Positions 18,957 through 30,105 of a stretch of 64,000 nucleotides of DNA are shown piece after piece; within the stretch, counting starts at the first letter, position 1; each line of letters begins with the position of its first letter. Both the position numbers and the translations under genes were made by a program. Source of the stretch: an uncultured Acidobacteriota bacterium (GTDB lineage Bacteria; Acidobacteriota; Vicinamibacteria; Vicinamibacterales; JAKQTR01); the NCBI GenBank assembly GCA_963817885.1, contig CAWFQE010000013.1, positions 240,178 through 304,177 of the forward strand. Reading direction: 5' to 3'. A model generated the notes under the pieces. The model did no database searches. It worked only from the letters and a program-made list of their open reading frames with translations, and was not told where the DNA came from.

Positions 18957-21518
18957 CTATTGCACCACGATGCTGACGAGCTTCCCGCGAGCCACGATGA
19001 CCTTCTTCACGGTCCGGCCCTGCGTGTGGAGCATCACCGCCGGATCGGCCAGCGCACGGGCCCGGATTTCATCTTCGCTGTCCTCGACCGGCACGATCAG
19101 CCGCGCCCGCAGCTTGCCGTTGACCTGGACCGGCACGACGATCTCGGCGGCCTTCGCCACGTCCGGATCATACGACGGCCACGGCGCGTGCACCAGGCCG
19201 CCCGCCTTGCCGAACTGCTCCCAGATCTCCTCGGACATGTGCGGCGTGAAGGGCGCCATCATGAGCACCAGGGCCTCGATGGCTTCCTTCAGCACGGCGA
19301 CGGTCTGGCCCCGCTCGGCCACGGCCTCCCGCTCCTGATCGCCGCGCCGGCCCGGGGCGCCGGTCTTCGTCTCCTGCTCCGAGAACAGGTAGAGCGCATT
19401 AACCAGCTCCATCATCGCGGACACGGCCGTGTTCAGGTGGACTCTCGGATCGAGATCCTGCGTCACCCGCCGGATCGTCTCGTGCGTCTTGCGCCTCAGT
19501 GCACGCTCGCCATCGGTCAGCGCGGCCGGATCGATCGCCGGTACGCCCGGCGCCGAGATCGCGGCGCTCCAGGACTGCACCAGGCGCCACACCCGCAGCA
19601 GGAAGCGGAACGCGCCTTCGAGGCCGTCATCGGTCCACTCGATCTCCTTTTCGATCGGAGCGACGAACATGATGTAGAGCCGCAGCGCGTCGGCGCCGTA
19701 TCTCGCGATCATGTCGTCCGGATCGACGACGTTGCCCTTCGACTTCGACATCACCGCGCCGTCCTTCAGCACCATGCCCTGCGTCAGCAGGCGGCTGAAC
19801 GGTTCGTCGTGGGAGACCAGGCCGAGGTCGCGGTACACCCGGGCGAAGAATCGCGAGTAGATCAGGTGGAGGATGGCGTGCTCGATCCCGCCACTATAGA
19901 AGTCGACGGGGCACCAGTAGGCGACCGCGGCCGGATCGAACGGTTTCGAATCGTTGGTCGGATCGCAGAACCGGTAGAAGTACCAGGACGAGTCGACGAA
20001 GGTGTCCATGGTGTCCGTTTCGCGACGGGCCGGCCGGCCGCACTTTGGACACGTGGTGTTCACGAACTCGGGCACGCTCGCCAGCGGGGAGTCGCCGCGA
20101 CCGGTGAACTCGGCGATCTTCGGCAGCTCGACCGGAAGCTGATCGTCCGGCACGGCGACCAGGCCGTCGTGCTCGCAGTGGATGATGGGGATCGGCGTGC
20201 CCCAGTACCGCTGCCGCGAGATGCCCCAGTCCTTCAGCCTGTACTGGACGGTGCGCTGGCCCGTGCCGCGCCGTTCCGCCCGCTCGGCCATCTGCACGGC
20301 CGCCTCGGTCGACCACAGCCCCGTGTACTCGCCGGACTCGACGCTGCGGCCCGTATCCGAGTACGCCGCGGTCATCGTCGCGGCGTCGAGGCGCTCCGCG
20401 CCCTCACCCTCGGGCTGGACGACCACCCGGATCGGCAGGCCGTACTTCCGCGCGAACTCGAAATCGCGCTCGTCGTGCGCGGGCACGCCCATGACCGCCC
20501 CGGTGCCGTACTCGCCGAGCACGAAGTTGGCGATCCAGATCGGCACCTGCTCGCCGGTGAACGGATTGAAGGCGAACCTCCCGGTCGGGAACCCTTCCTT
20601 CTCGATCTCGCCGCTCACTCTGGCGTTTCGCTCCTGCCGCCGGAACCGGTCCGCCGCCGCACGCAGCGCCGCGGGATCGGCGGACTCGGACGCGAAGCGA
20701 TCGACCAGCTCGTGCTCCGGCGCCAGCAGGACGAACATCGCCCCATAAATCGTGTCGATGCGGGTCGTGAAGACCTCGATGTCGAGCGAGCCGCCTTCCG
20801 CGCTCCGCGTGACCACCGGAAACCGGACGCGAGCGCCCTCCGAGCGCCCGATCCAGTTCCGCTGCATGGTCAGCACTTTCTCGGGCCACCCGGACAGGCC
20901 CTCGATCGACGTCAGCAGCTCATCGGCGTAGTGCGTGATCCGCAGGAACCACTGTTCCAGGTTGCGGCTGGTCACCAGCGTCCCGCACCGCCAGCACCCG
21001 CCGTCGACGACCTGCTCGTTGGCGAGGACGGTCTTGCAGGAGTCGCACCAGTTGACGGTCGAGCGCTTGCGGTAGGCCAGATCGCGCTCGAACATCCGCA
21101 GGAACAGCCACTGGTTCCATTTGTAATAAGGTGCCAGGCACGTGGCGAGCTCCCGCTCCCACGCGTAGCTGATCCCCAGGCGCTGCAGCTGTCCTTTCAT
21201 GTGCTCGATGTTGGCGAGCGTCGAGGTCTCGGGATGGATGCCGTTCTTGATGGCCGCGTTCTCGGCCGGCAGGCCGAAGGCGTCCCACCCGAAGGGGTGC
21301 AGCACGTTGAAGCCCCGCATCCGCTTCATGCGCGCCGTCACGTCGCCAATCATGTAGTTGCGCACGTGGCCGACGTGCGCGTGACCTGACGGGTACGCAA
21401 ACATCTCGAGGCAGTAGAATTTCGGCTTCGAACGGTCCTCGGTCACCTCGAAGGCGCGCTGCTCGCTCCACCGCTGCTGCCACTTCTGCTCTATGGCCTG
21501 GGGCTTGTAGTCAGTCAT
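18957..21518 (-). CDS. leuS: Leucine--tRNA ligase
   Basis: [53 protein letters not shown]; TATAAT 9 nt before ATG 21518. Confidence 0.98.
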   Translation of the reverse strand: MTDYKPQAIEQKWQQRWSEQRAFEVTEDRSKPKFYCLEMFAYPSGHAHVGHVRNYMIGDVTARMKRMRGFNVLHPFGWDAFGLPAENAAIKNGIHPETSTLANIEHMKGQLQRLGISYAWERELATCLAPYYKWNQWLFLRMFERDLAYRKRSTVNWCDSCKTVLANEQVVDGGCWRCGTLVTSRNLEQWFLRITHYADELLTSIEGLSGWPEKVLTMQRNWIGRSEGARVRFPVVTRSAEGGSLDIEVFTTRIDTIYGAMFVLLAPEHELVDRFASESADPAALRAAADRFRRQERNARVSGEIEKEGFPTGRFAFNPFTGEQVPIWIANFVLGEYGTGAVMGVPAHDERDFEFARKYGLPIRVVVQPEGEGAERLDAATMTAAYSDTGRSVESGEYTGLWSTEAAVQMAERAERRGTGQRTVQYRLKDWGISRQRYWGTPIPIIHCEHDGLVAVPDDQLPVELPKIAEFTGRGDSPLASVPEFVNTTCPKCGRPARRETDTMDTFVDSSWYFYRFCDPTNDSKPFDPAAVAYWCPVDFYSGGIEHAILHLIYSRFFARVYRDLGLVSHDEPFSRLLTQGMVLKDGAVMSKSKGNVVDPDDMIARYGADALRLYIMFVAPIEKEIEWTDDGLEGAFRFLLRVWRLVQSWSAAISAPGVPAIDPAALTDGERALRRKTHETIRRVTQDLDPRVHLNTAVSAMMELVNALYLFSEQETKTGAPGRRGDQEREAVAERGQTVAVLKEAIEALVLMMAPFTPHMSEEIWEQFGKAGGLVHAPWPSYDPDVAKAAEIVVPVQVNGKLRARLIVPVEDSEDEIRARALADPAVMLHTQGRTVKKVIVARGKLVSIVVQ

Positions 21519-21528
21519 AAAGGATTCA

Positions 21529-22585
21529 TTATAGCCCACGCCAGTAGCGGGCCTGGGCCGCGCGCACCCGGGCGAGCGCGGCTTCGGCGCGAGCGGCGTG
21601 CGGTGACGACAGTGCCTGGCGCGAATCGGCGCCGACCGTCCCGCCTGCGGCATCAGGCGCGTTCACCATCGCGCGCAGGGTGACGTCGAGCGAGGCCGCC
21701 AGCGCCGTCAGGTGATAGCCCCCCTCGGTCATCATCACGAGCCGTCCCGAGCAGCACGACTCGGCCGCCGCCACCAGTTGCGCTCCCACGCCGGCGAACC
21801 CGCCGGTCGTGACTCTCATCCCGCCCAAGTGGATCCAGCTCGTGCGCGTCGTAGCCTGCCGACACCACGATCACATCCGGACTGAACTCCAGCAGGAGAG
21901 GCACCACGAGGGCCCGGAAGACCAGGTCGTAGTCGGGATCGCCGGCCCCGGCGTCCAGCGGAACGTTGACGGTGTACCCGGCCCCGTCTCCAACGCCGAC
22001 ATCAGAGGCCAACCCGGTTCCGGGGTAGTGCGGAAACTGATGCAGCGACACGTACAGCACTCGCGGATCGGCGTGGAAGATCTCCTGGGTCCCGTTCCCG
22101 TGGTGGACGTCGAAGTCGACCACGGCCACCCGCGACGCGCCCGCCGCCAGCGCGTGCGCCGCCGCCACGGCGACATTGTTGAACACGCAGAACCCGCGGG
22201 CCGCACTCCGGCCGGCGTGGTGGCCTGGCGGGCGAACCAGCGCGGCCGCCCGCACTCGCGATCCGCGAAGCACGCGCTCCACGGCGTCGACGCCTGCGCC
22301 CGCCGCAAGCCGCGCAACGTCGAACGACTCGGGCGAGGTGAACGTGTCCTCGTCGAGCCGCGTCGCGCGACCGGAGGTCGCCGCGATCGCCTCGACATAT
22401 GACTCGTCGTGGACCCGGCAGAGCTCCTGCATGGTCGCAGGCCGCGGCGCCACGATCTCGGCGCCGTTGCGCCGCCAGGTGCTCGCGACCGCCTCCATGA
22501 CCTCGGCGCGCTCCGGCCGCTCGGCGTGGCCAGGCGGCGGTTCATGACCGGCGAATCGATCGGACGAGAAGATCAGCAGCCTCAT
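21529..22585 (-). CDS. Histone-deacetylase-family Zn hydrolase (one +1 frameshift near 21826)
   Basis: [43 protein letters not shown], then EGGY in the second frame. Confidence 0.9.
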
Positions 22586-23265
22586 CAGCGCCCTTTTCCC
22601 AGGAGCTGCAGCGCGCGAGCTTCCAGCCCGGCCAGCGAGCGCTCGAGCTCGGCCCGATGCGTTTCCACGGCCTCCGCCTCGCGGCGGGGCACCATGATCG
22701 GCGCGCCGATGACCAGCGCGACACGGCTGAACGGCTTCGGAACCTGTGTCCGGTCCCAGCTGTTGACCGTCCAGTGGCGCTCCGCCTCCGCATGCAGGGG
22801 GATGACCGGGACCGAGGTCGCCATGGCCAGCCACACCGCCCCGTCCTTGGCCTGCCTGGCCGGCCCGCGGGGGCCATCGAGCGCGAACAGGGTGGACCTG
22901 CCGGCCCTGGTGTCCCTGATGAGCTGGCGCATGGCGATGCCGCCGTCGCGGGAGCTCGACCCGCGAACGGTGTCGTATCCCAGTCGCGTGATGATCCTGG
23001 CGATCCATTCGCCATCGAAGTTCTGGCTGACCAGGGCGACCAGTCGATGATCCCGGAAGTAGACGATCGTCGGCAGGATGCGGCCGTGCCAGAAGCCGAA
23101 CACGGCGGGCTGACCGTCCGCCCGAAGGCGCTCGAGGTGTTCGAGGCCTTCGACGCGCCAGCGGTAGGTGCGGCCGAGCAGGGAAACCAGCGGGGAGCCG
23201 AGGCCGGCGATGGCCGCCACCTGCAGCCGCTTGCCCGGCGAGCGCTGCCAGGGCGGGTCGGTCAC
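22585..23265 (-). CDS. DUF374 / LPLAT-superfamily acyltransferase (LpxJ-like)
   Basis: FWHGRI, LVSQNFDGE.I, VRGSSSR, DGPRGP, SWDR..VPKPFS. Confidence 0.85.
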   Translation of the reverse strand: MTDPPWQRSPGKRLQVAAIAGLGSPLVSLLGRTYRWRVEGLEHLERLRADGQPAVFGFWHGRILPTIVYFRDHRLVALVSQNFDGEWIARIITRLGYDTVRGSSSRDGGIAMRQLIRDTRAGRSTLFALDGPRGPARQAKDGAVWLAMATSVPVIPLHAEAERHWTVNSWDRTQVPKPFSRVALVIGAPIMVPRREAEAVETHRAELERSLAGLEARALQLLGKGR

Positions 23266-25094
23266 GGCCCGGACCCGGCGCCGGCTTTCAGCCGGTCGGC
23301 GACGAATGTCATCAGATCGACCATCCCGGTGGTCGCATTCGAGCTGGCCTGCGCGCCCTTGAGCATGATGGTGCAGAACGGGCACGCGGTCACCACGGTG
23401 GCCGCTCCGGTCGCCTGCAGCTGCTCGAACCGCTGCTGGCTGATCCGCTTGCCTTCCTCGTGTTCCTCGAACAGCAGCCCGCCGCCGGCGCCGCAGCAGA
23501 ACGGGTTGTGCCCCGACCGGGCCGGCTCGGACACCCGCGCCCCGAGCTGCTTCAGCAGCGCCCTCGGCTCCTCGGTGTGCCCGGCGTAGCGGCCAAGGTA
23601 GCACGGGTCATGGAAGGTGACCGATTCTGCCCCGTCGATCTTCACCCCGCCGAGCAGCGATGCCACCAGCACCGCCGAGTGCGTGATCTCGACGTCGAAC
23701 CCGAATGCCCGGTAGTCGGTGCCGATGGTCTGCAGGCAGTGGGGGCACGAGGTGATGATCTTCGTGACCGCCGACGCCCGGAACTCGGCAATGTTGGTCT
23801 GCGCGAGCTCCTGGAACAGGTACTCGTTCCCGGCGCGTTTGGCGACATCACCCGTGCAGCGCTCCTTGGCCAGCACGCCGAAGGTGACGCCACGGGCCCT
23901 GAGGATCTGGAACAGCGACCGCAAGGCCTTCTGAAAATCCGCTTCGAAGGCTCCGGCGCACCCGAGCCACACCAGGTATTCGTGCTTCCCGGCGTCGAAC
24001 GTCTCGAGCCCGGCCGAGTCCACGAACTTCTGGCGCTGATCGTAGGTCAGGCCCCAGATGTTCCCGCGGCGTTCGAGGTGGTTGAAGACCGCGCCCAGCG
24101 CGGCAGGCGCCTCCCCGTTCGAGACCAGGCCCCGGCGCGCGCCGATGATGAGCGGCAGGTGTTCGATCCCGACGGGGCACTGGTTCTCGCAGGCGCCGCA
24201 CGTCGTGCACTGCCACAGCACCCCGGGATCGTACAGGTCGGCCAGCTTCGCGCCGAGCTTGCCGGCGAGCAGCGCGTCCTCGTTGGTCAGGATGAGCGCC
24301 TTCGGATTCAGCAGCTTTCCCGTCGCGTAGGCGGGACAGTTCATCTGGCACCGGCCGCACTCGACGCACGTGAACGCGTCGAGCACCTGCTTGCGCTCGA
24401 CATCCTTCAGGGTCTCGAGGCCGACTTCCTCTTTTTCGAAGTCCAGGTTCGGAACCGTCGCGAGCCTCGGGGACTTCAGGAAGACGGTGACCGGCGAGAG
24501 CACCAGGTGGAAGTGCTTCGATCCCGGGATGAGCACGAGGAAACAGAGGATGACCAGCTCGTGCACCCACCAGTTGACGCGAGCTCCCACCCCCTCGACC
24601 AGCGTGAAGTCGAGCAGGAAGGTGACCATCAGGATGGCGATGAACAGGCCGATCACCACCGACTCGACCGACAGGGTCTTCCCGAGCGCCTCGGGCCGGA
24701 CCAGCACGCGCCTCGCCACGAGGCCGATGATGCCGCCGAGCACGCCGATCGCGAACGGGATGAGCGCCGCCGCGTAGATCCTGAACCAGCCGCTGGAGGT
24801 GAGATCGGCGATCCCGAGGCCCTTCAGGAACTGGACGAGGCTGAAGCCGGCAAACGCCACGAACCCCCAGAACACCAGGGCGTGGGCGACGCCGACCGCA
24901 GGTTTCTCGGCGATGACCTTGGACTGGAACACGACCTCCCGCAGGAACCGCCAGGCGCGGAGATCGAGGCGCTGGACCGAGATGTTGTTGCGGGCCCGCA
25001 GGACGAGACGGACGCGGGTGGCCACTTGCGCGGCAAATGCCGCCACGAAGGCGACGAAGACCGCCCGGAACACCCACGTCTCGGCGGAAGGCAC
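23262..25094 (-). CDS. Membrane Fe-S oxidoreductase (FadF/EtfD-like, ETF:quinone link)
   Basis: N-terminal TM helices, two 4Fe-4S motifs (CVECGRC...CP, CTTCGAC...CP), CCG domains (HDPCYLGR, CCGAGGG, ACPFC); follows etfA. Confidence 0.88.
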   Translation of the reverse strand: MPSAETWVFRAVFVAFVAAFAAQVATRVRLVLRARNNISVQRLDLRAWRFLREVVFQSKVIAEKPAVGVAHALVFWGFVAFAGFSLVQFLKGLGIADLTSSGWFRIYAAALIPFAIGVLGGIIGLVARRVLVRPEALGKTLSVESVVIGLFIAILMVTFLLDFTLVEGVGARVNWWVHELVILCFLVLIPGSKHFHLVLSPVTVFLKSPRLATVPNLDFEKEEVGLETLKDVERKQVLDAFTCVECGRCQMNCPAYATGKLLNPKALILTNEDALLAGKLGAKLADLYDPGVLWQCTTCGACENQCPVGIEHLPLIIGARRGLVSNGEAPAALGAVFNHLERRGNIWGLTYDQRQKFVDSAGLETFDAGKHEYLVWLGCAGAFEADFQKALRSLFQILRARGVTFGVLAKERCTGDVAKRAGNEYLFQELAQTNIAEFRASAVTKIITSCPHCLQTIGTDYRAFGFDVEITHSAVLVASLLGGVKIDGAESVTFHDPCYLGRYAGHTEEPRALLKQLGARVSEPARSGHNPFCCGAGGGLLFEEHEEGKRISQQRFEQLQATGAATVVTACPFCTIMLKGAQASSNATTGMVDLMTFVADRLKAGAGSGP

Positions 25095-26056
25095 TAGCCC
25101 TGGAGCTCCTTGATGATGGCCGGGACGATCTCGAACAGGTCTCCCACGATTCCGTAATCGGCGATCTCGAACACCGGGGCCTCGGGGTCCTTGTTGATCG
25201 CCACGATGGTCCGGGATCCCTTCATACCGACCAGGTGCTGAATGGCGCCCGAGATACCGAGCGCCACATAGAGCTTCGGCGCCACGGTCTGGCCCGAGCT
25301 GCCGATCTGGCGATCCATGGGCAGCCAGCCGGAATCGCAAATGGGGCGCGACGCGCCGAGCTCCGCGCCGATGGCATCCGCCAGCTGGCGCGCGATGCCA
25401 ATCTTCTCCTGGTCCTTGATCCCTCGCCCGACCGCGACGATGCGCTCGGCCTGGGTGAGGTCCACGGCCTGCTTGGCTTCGCGGAACGGCGCCTCGGGCT
25501 TCTGCCGGATGGACGCCTCGTCGATATCGACCACGAGCGCCGTGATCGGCGCCGGCGCGCTGCCGTGCACCGCCGAATCCGCCCTGAACGCCCCCACCTG
25601 GAACGTGGCCATCGCGGGCCCGGGGCCGCTGACGGCGACATCCGCCATCAGTCGCCCCTGGAACACCGGGCGCACGAAGATCAGGCTGTTTCCTTGCGGC
25701 TTGGTGCCGACGCAATCGGAGACCAGCGCGCCGTCGAGCCTGGCGGCCAGCGCCGGAGCGAAATCGCGCGTCTGGTAGGTATGCGGCAGGAACACGTGCG
25801 AGGGCTTGATCTCTTTCACGATCGCGCCGAGCGCGGCCAGATACCCGTCGAACGTGTAGCGGGCGAGCGCCGGCGACCGGACGGTCAGGATCGATTCGAC
25901 CTTCGCCGACTGAAGCTCGGACGCGGCGGCGGCGACCTCCGCCCCGATGACGGCGACGGCAATGGGCGACAACCCGGACTGCTGCGCGGCCGCCACGACC
26001 TCCCAGCTCGCCCGGTTCAGCTTCCCGTCTGTCTGCTCGGCGACGACCAGGATCAT
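25094..26056 (-). CDS. etfA: Electron transfer flavoprotein alpha subunit
   Basis: GRG, GASRP, QIGSSGQTVAP.LY.A.GISGAIQH.VGM, AINKDPEAPVF. Confidence 0.97.
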   Translation of the reverse strand: MILVVAEQTDGKLNRASWEVVAAAQQSGLSPIAVAVIGAEVAAAASELQSAKVESILTVRSPALARYTFDGYLAALGAIVKEIKPSHVFLPHTYQTRDFAPALAARLDGALVSDCVGTKPQGNSLIFVRPVFQGRLMADVAVSGPGPAMATFQVGAFRADSAVHGSAPAPITALVVDIDEASIRQKPEAPFREAKQAVDLTQAERIVAVGRGIKDQEKIGIARQLADAIGAELGASRPICDSGWLPMDRQIGSSGQTVAPKLYVALGISGAIQHLVGMKGSRTIVAINKDPEAPVFEIADYGIVGDLFEIVPAIIKELQG

Positions 26057-26817
26057 GACAGCACCCGCGCTTCCTCACGCAGCCGGCGAATCAGGTCCTT
26101 CGCCGCCTCGGCCGGGGTCCCGCCGATCATGTGGGTTTCCTTCTTCTTCTCGGGCGCGTAGAGCTTCACGATGTGCTGGCGCGCCAGGAGGCCCGCGGGC
26201 GGAGCGGCCTTGCGGACTTCTTTCTTCTTGGCCGCCATGATGCCCTTGAGGGTCGCGTAGCGGAGCTGATTGATGCCGCTCTGGATCATCAGCAGCGCGG
26301 GCAGCGGCAGCGTCAGCCACTGGAACCAGCCGCCCTCGAGCTCGCGCTTGACGCGTACCGATCCGGGCTGGACCTGGACGTCCATGATGATCGTGCTCGA
26401 CGCCACGCCCAGCTGCTCGGCGAGCAGGACGCCGGTCTGGGCGAAGCCCTGGTCGTCGGACTGCAGCCCGGTCAGCACGAGGTCGAAGTGCTCCTCGCGC
26501 ATGGCGAAGGCGAGCGCGGCGGCCACCGACCCGGCGTCTGCCGTGGCAAGCGCCTCGTCCTCGACGTGGATGGCCCGGTCGGCCCCGCGTGCCAGCGCCT
26601 CGCGCAGCGCCTGGCCCACTCGCGGCGGACCGGCGGAGCAGACCACCACTTCCCCGCCGTGCTGCTCCTTCAGCCTGAGGCCCGCTTCCAGGGCGTAGGC
26701 GTCGGGCTCGTTGACCTCGAAGGTGGCGTCCTGGTCGCGGACCCACGTTCCCGCCTCGTTGACACGCGGCTGGGAGTCTCGCGCCGGAACTTGCTTGATG
26801 CAGACGGCAATCTTCAT
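26053..26817 (-). CDS. etfB: Electron transfer flavoprotein beta subunit
   Basis: MKIAVCIKQVP, DAYALEA, ALARGADRA, G.QS.D, RELEGG. Confidence 0.97.
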   Translation of the reverse strand: MKIAVCIKQVPARDSQPRVNEAGTWVRDQDATFEVNEPDAYALEAGLRLKEQHGGEVVVCSAGPPRVGQALREALARGADRAIHVEDEALATADAGSVAAALAFAMREEHFDLVLTGLQSDDQGFAQTGVLLAEQLGVASSTIIMDVQVQPGSVRVKRELEGGWFQWLTLPLPALLMIQSGINQLRYATLKGIMAAKKKEVRKAAPPAGLLARQHIVKLYAPEKKKETHMIGGTPAEAAKDLIRRLREEARVLS

Positions 26818-26836
26818 ACGGGTCTGGCCCGTGTTC

Positions 26837-28078
26837 TCACGCGTCGTACCGGCGGAGCAACAGGGCGGCGTTGGTGCCGCCGAACCCGAACGAGTTGGAC
26901 ATCGCGTAGGTGATGGGCGCGCGTCGCGCCTTCCACGGCACGTAGTCCAGATCGCACTCGGGGTCTGGCGTCTCCTGGTTGATCGTCGGGGGCATGATCT
27001 GGTGATAGATCGCGAGCGAGGTCAGCGCCCCTTCCACGCCTCCCGACGCGCCGAGCAGATGGCCGGTCATCGACTTGGTCGACGACACCGCGAGCTTGTC
27101 GGCGTGCCCGCCGAACAGCCGCCGGATGGCGAGTGTCTCGAGCTTGTCGTTGAAGGGGGTCGAGGTCCCGTGGGCGTTGATGTACTGCACCTGTTCCGGG
27201 CCGATGCCGGCCGACTCGAGGGCCATCTTCATGACCCGCATCGCCCCGTCGCCGTCCTCGGAGGGGGCGGTGATGTGGAACGCGTCGGCCGTCGCGCCGT
27301 ACCCCACGACCTCGGAGTAGATCCGGGCGCCGCGCTGCCGCGCGTGCTCGAGTTCCTCGATGATCAGGATCCCGGCGCCCTCGCCCATCACGAAGCCGTC
27401 CCGATCCTTGTCGAAGGGCCGGCTGGCGTGGCTCGGATCGTCGTTGCGGGTGGAGAGCGCCCGCATGGCGGCGAACCCGCCGACGCCCATGGGCGTGATG
27501 GCGGCTTCCGATCCGCCGACGATCATCACGTCGGCCGATCCGCGCTTGATGATCTCCGCCCCTTCGCCGATGGCGTGGGCCGAGGCGGAGCAGGCCGTGC
27601 ACGTCGCGAGGTTCGGCCCCTTGGCGCCGAACCGGATGGACACCTGCCCTGCCGCGAGATTGATGATGGTGGCCGGAATGAAGAACGGCGAGATCCTGCG
27701 CGGCCCCCCGGTGAGCAGCGCCTCGTGTTCGCGTTCGATCGTCGCGAACCCGCCGATCCCGGAGGCGATGAACACGCCGACCCGGCAGGCTTCGTCCGGA
27801 CGGATGGTCAACGCCGCATCATCGACCGCGAACTGGGACGCCGCGATGGCGTACTGGATGAAGACGTCGAGCTTCTTGACGTCCTTCTTCTCGACGAACT
27901 GGATGGGATCGAAGTCCTTGACCTCGCCTGCAATCTGCGCCGCAAACGCCGAGGCGTCGAACCGCGTGATGCGGCCGATTCCGCTGCGTCCGGCACAGAT
28001 CGCCTCCCAGTTGGCCGCGGTGCCGACGCCGAGCGGCGACACCAGACCGAGCCCCGTAACAACGACGCGCCTGTTCAA
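26837..28078 (-). CDS. fabF: 3-oxoacyl-ACP synthase II
   Basis: [43 protein letters not shown]. Confidence 0.97.
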   Translation of the reverse strand: MNRRVVVTGLGLVSPLGVGTAANWEAICAGRSGIGRITRFDASAFAAQIAGEVKDFDPIQFVEKKDVKKLDVFIQYAIAASQFAVDDAALTIRPDEACRVGVFIASGIGGFATIEREHEALLTGGPRRISPFFIPATIINLAAGQVSIRFGAKGPNLATCTACSASAHAIGEGAEIIKRGSADVMIVGGSEAAITPMGVGGFAAMRALSTRNDDPSHASRPFDKDRDGFVMGEGAGILIIEELEHARQRGARIYSEVVGYGATADAFHITAPSEDGDGAMRVMKMALESAGIGPEQVQYINAHGTSTPFNDKLETLAIRRLFGGHADKLAVSSTKSMTGHLLGASGGVEGALTSLAIYHQIMPPTINQETPDPECDLDYVPWKARRAPITYAMSNSFGFGGTNAALLLRRYDA

Positions 28079-28152
28079 TATGCCTCCGAAGGGTCCGCGC
28101 GGCTGGCCCGGACGCCAGAGTGCACGGCAGGGCCCGGGCGCCGCACGAGCGA

Positions 28153-28398
28153 CTACTTCTTGGTCTTGGCGTGCGACTCGATGTAGTCGACCGCTTCCTT
28201 GACGCGGGTGATCTTCTCGGCGTCCTCGTCGGGAATCTCGATCCCGAATTCCTCTTCGAACGCCATCACCAGTTCGACCGTGTCGAGCGAGTCGGCCCCG
28301 AGATCGTCCACGAACGAGGCGTCCGCCGTGACCTCTTCTTCGTCGACCCCGAGCTGCTCCACGATGATGCTCTTGACCTTGTCAGCAACCGCAGCCAT
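28153..28398 (-). CDS. acpP: Acyl carrier protein
   Basis: [20 protein letters not shown]; AGGAGG RBS. Confidence 0.98.
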   Translation of the reverse strand: MAAVADKVKSIIVEQLGVDEEEVTADASFVDDLGADSLDTVELVMAFEEEFGIEIPDEDAEKITRVKEAVDYIESHAKTKK

Positions 28399-28406
28399 TC
28401 ATCCTC

Positions 28407-29156
28407 CTACGTGTACATCCCGCCGTTGACGGCCAGGACCTGCCCTGTAATGTACGCTGCCTCTTCCGTCGCCAGGTAGCAAACGGCCGACGCCACGTCT
28501 TCCGCTGTTCCGAACCGGTTCAACGGCACCTTGGACACCCACTCGGTGCGCACCTCTGCAGGCAGCGCGCGCGTCATGTCGGTGTCGATGAGCCCGGGCG
28601 CCACGACGTTGACCGTGATCCCGCGCGAGGCCACCTCGCGCGCCACTGACTTGCTGAACCCAATCAGGCCGGCTTTCGACGCCGCGTAGTTGGTCTGCCC
28701 GGCGTTCCCCATCTGCCCGACCACGGAGCTGATGCTGATGATCCGGCCGGACCGCTGCTTCATCATCGGCCGCAGGACGGCCTGCGTGCAGGTGAAGGCG
28801 CCGGTCAGGTTGACGAGCAGGACCAGGTCCCAGTCCTCCCGCTTGAGCCGCATCAGGAGCTGGTCGCGCGTGATCCCGGCGTTGTTGACCAGGATGTCGA
28901 TCTTGCCGTGCTTCTGGAGCGTGCCGTCAACGGCGGCCTGGACGGTCGCGGGATCGGTGACGTTCATCACCAGCCCCTCGGCCTTGCCGCCTGCTGCGGC
29001 AATCGCCGCCGGGGTGGGCGCCACCGCGTCGGCCGACACGTCGGTCGCCACGATGGTGGCGCCGGCTCGAGAAAGCGCGAAGCTGATCGCCTGCCCGATG
29101 CCCCGTCCGGCTCCGGTCACCAGCGCGACTTTACCCGTCAGATCGAACATCGCCAC
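28407..29156 (-). CDS. fabG: 3-oxoacyl-ACP reductase
   Basis: TGAGRGIG, NNAGITRD, YAASK. Confidence 0.96.
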   Translation of the reverse strand: MAMFDLTGKVALVTGAGRGIGQAISFALSRAGATIVATDVSADAVAPTPAAIAAAGGKAEGLVMNVTDPATVQAAVDGTLQKHGKIDILVNNAGITRDQLLMRLKREDWDLVLLVNLTGAFTCTQAVLRPMMKQRSGRIISISSVVGQMGNAGQTNYAASKAGLIGFSKSVAREVASRGITVNVVAPGLIDTDMTRALPAEVRTEWVSKVPLNRFGTAEDVASAVCYLATEEAAYITGQVLAVNGGMYT

Positions 29157-29172
29157 CTGTGGTCTCCGCGTG

Positions 29173-30105
29173 TCACGCTGTCGCCAAAGCGGCGCCGGCA
29201 GCGTCGAGACCGCGCGGATCTTCGACGTTCAGGAACACCGCCTCGCGCACGATTTTTTTGCCGAGGCCGCACAGCACCGCCCCAGGGCCCACCTCAACAT
29301 ACTTGCTGACGCCTTCGGATGCAAGCCGTTGGCAGATGTCCTCCCAGCGTACCGGCGAGGAGACCTGGCGGATGAGCGCGTCGATCGCGGAGGCCGCATC
29401 CCGCTTCGGCTCGGCATCCACGTTGGCCACCACCGGCACCCTCGGATCGGCGACCGTCAACGCCCGCAGCACGGGCGCGAGCCGCTCCTCGGCGGGTTTC
29501 ATCAGCGCGCAGTGGAAGGGGGCGCTCACCGGGAGCACGATCGCCCGCCTGGCGCCCAGCGCCTTCGCGCGCTCGATGGCCCGCGCCACCGCGGCGGTCG
29601 ATCCGGCAATCACGATCTGGCCGGGCGCGTTCAGATTGGCGGGGCTCACCACCTCGCCCTGCGCGGCCTCTTCGCAGGCCTGCGCGACCTTCGCCCGATC
29701 CAGCCCGAGCAGCGCCGCCATCGCGCCCTGCCCCACCGGCACGGCCTCCTGCATGAACTGGCCGCGGCGGCGGACCGTCCGCAGCGCATCGGCGAACGAA
29801 AACGTGCCGGCCGCCACGTGCGCCGAGTACTCGCCGAGACTGTGCCCCGCGACCCAGGCCGGCGTGATCCCGCGCGAGGCGAGCGTCCGGTACGTCGCCA
29901 CGCTGACGGCGAGGATGGCCGGCTGGGTGTTCTCGGTCAGCATCAGCCGATCGTCGGGTCCCTCGAAGCACAGCGCGCTGAGCTTCTCGCCCAGTGCCTC
30001 GTCGGCTTCTTCCATGGTCCGGCGGAATTCCGGGAACGCGTCGGCGAGCGCCTTGCCCATGCCGACCTTCTGCGATCCCTGTCCCGGAAAGATGAAGGCA
30101 ATCAC
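29173..30105 (-). CDS. fabD: Malonyl-CoA:ACP transacylase
   Basis: FIFPGQGSQ, TENTQPAI, GHSLGEY, VSAPFH. Confidence 0.97.
   Translation of the reverse strand: MIAFIFPGQGSQKVGMGKALADAFPEFRRTMEEADEALGEKLSALCFEGPDDRLMLTENTQPAILAVSVATYRTLASRGITPAWVAGHSLGEYSAHVAAGTFSFADALRTVRRRGQFMQEAVPVGQGAMAALLGLDRAKVAQACEEAAQGEVVSPANLNAPGQIVIAGSTAAVARAIERAKALGARRAIVLPVSAPFHCALMKPAEERLAPVLRALTVADPRVPVVANVDAEPKRDAASAIDALIRQVSSPVRWEDICQRLASEGVSKYVEVGPGAVLCGLGKKIVREAVFLNVEDPRGLDAAGAALATA

Noticed and set aside
18960-21389. Long antisense ORFs (this one, also 136-1788, 23460-25097, 40167-41849, 45876-47612 and others)
   Set aside because: They are shadow ORFs typical of high-GC codon bias opposite well-supported genes, with no recognisable motifs.
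21815-21835. Phase-variable switch in the HDAC-like gene
   Set aside because: The frameshift is in a short 3-nt run, too short for a contingency tract; a single-base error is more likely.
25095-26078. N-terminal extension of the Fe-S oxidoreductase ORF (938 aa)
   Set aside because: It overlaps etfA in another frame; the likely start is GTG 25094.
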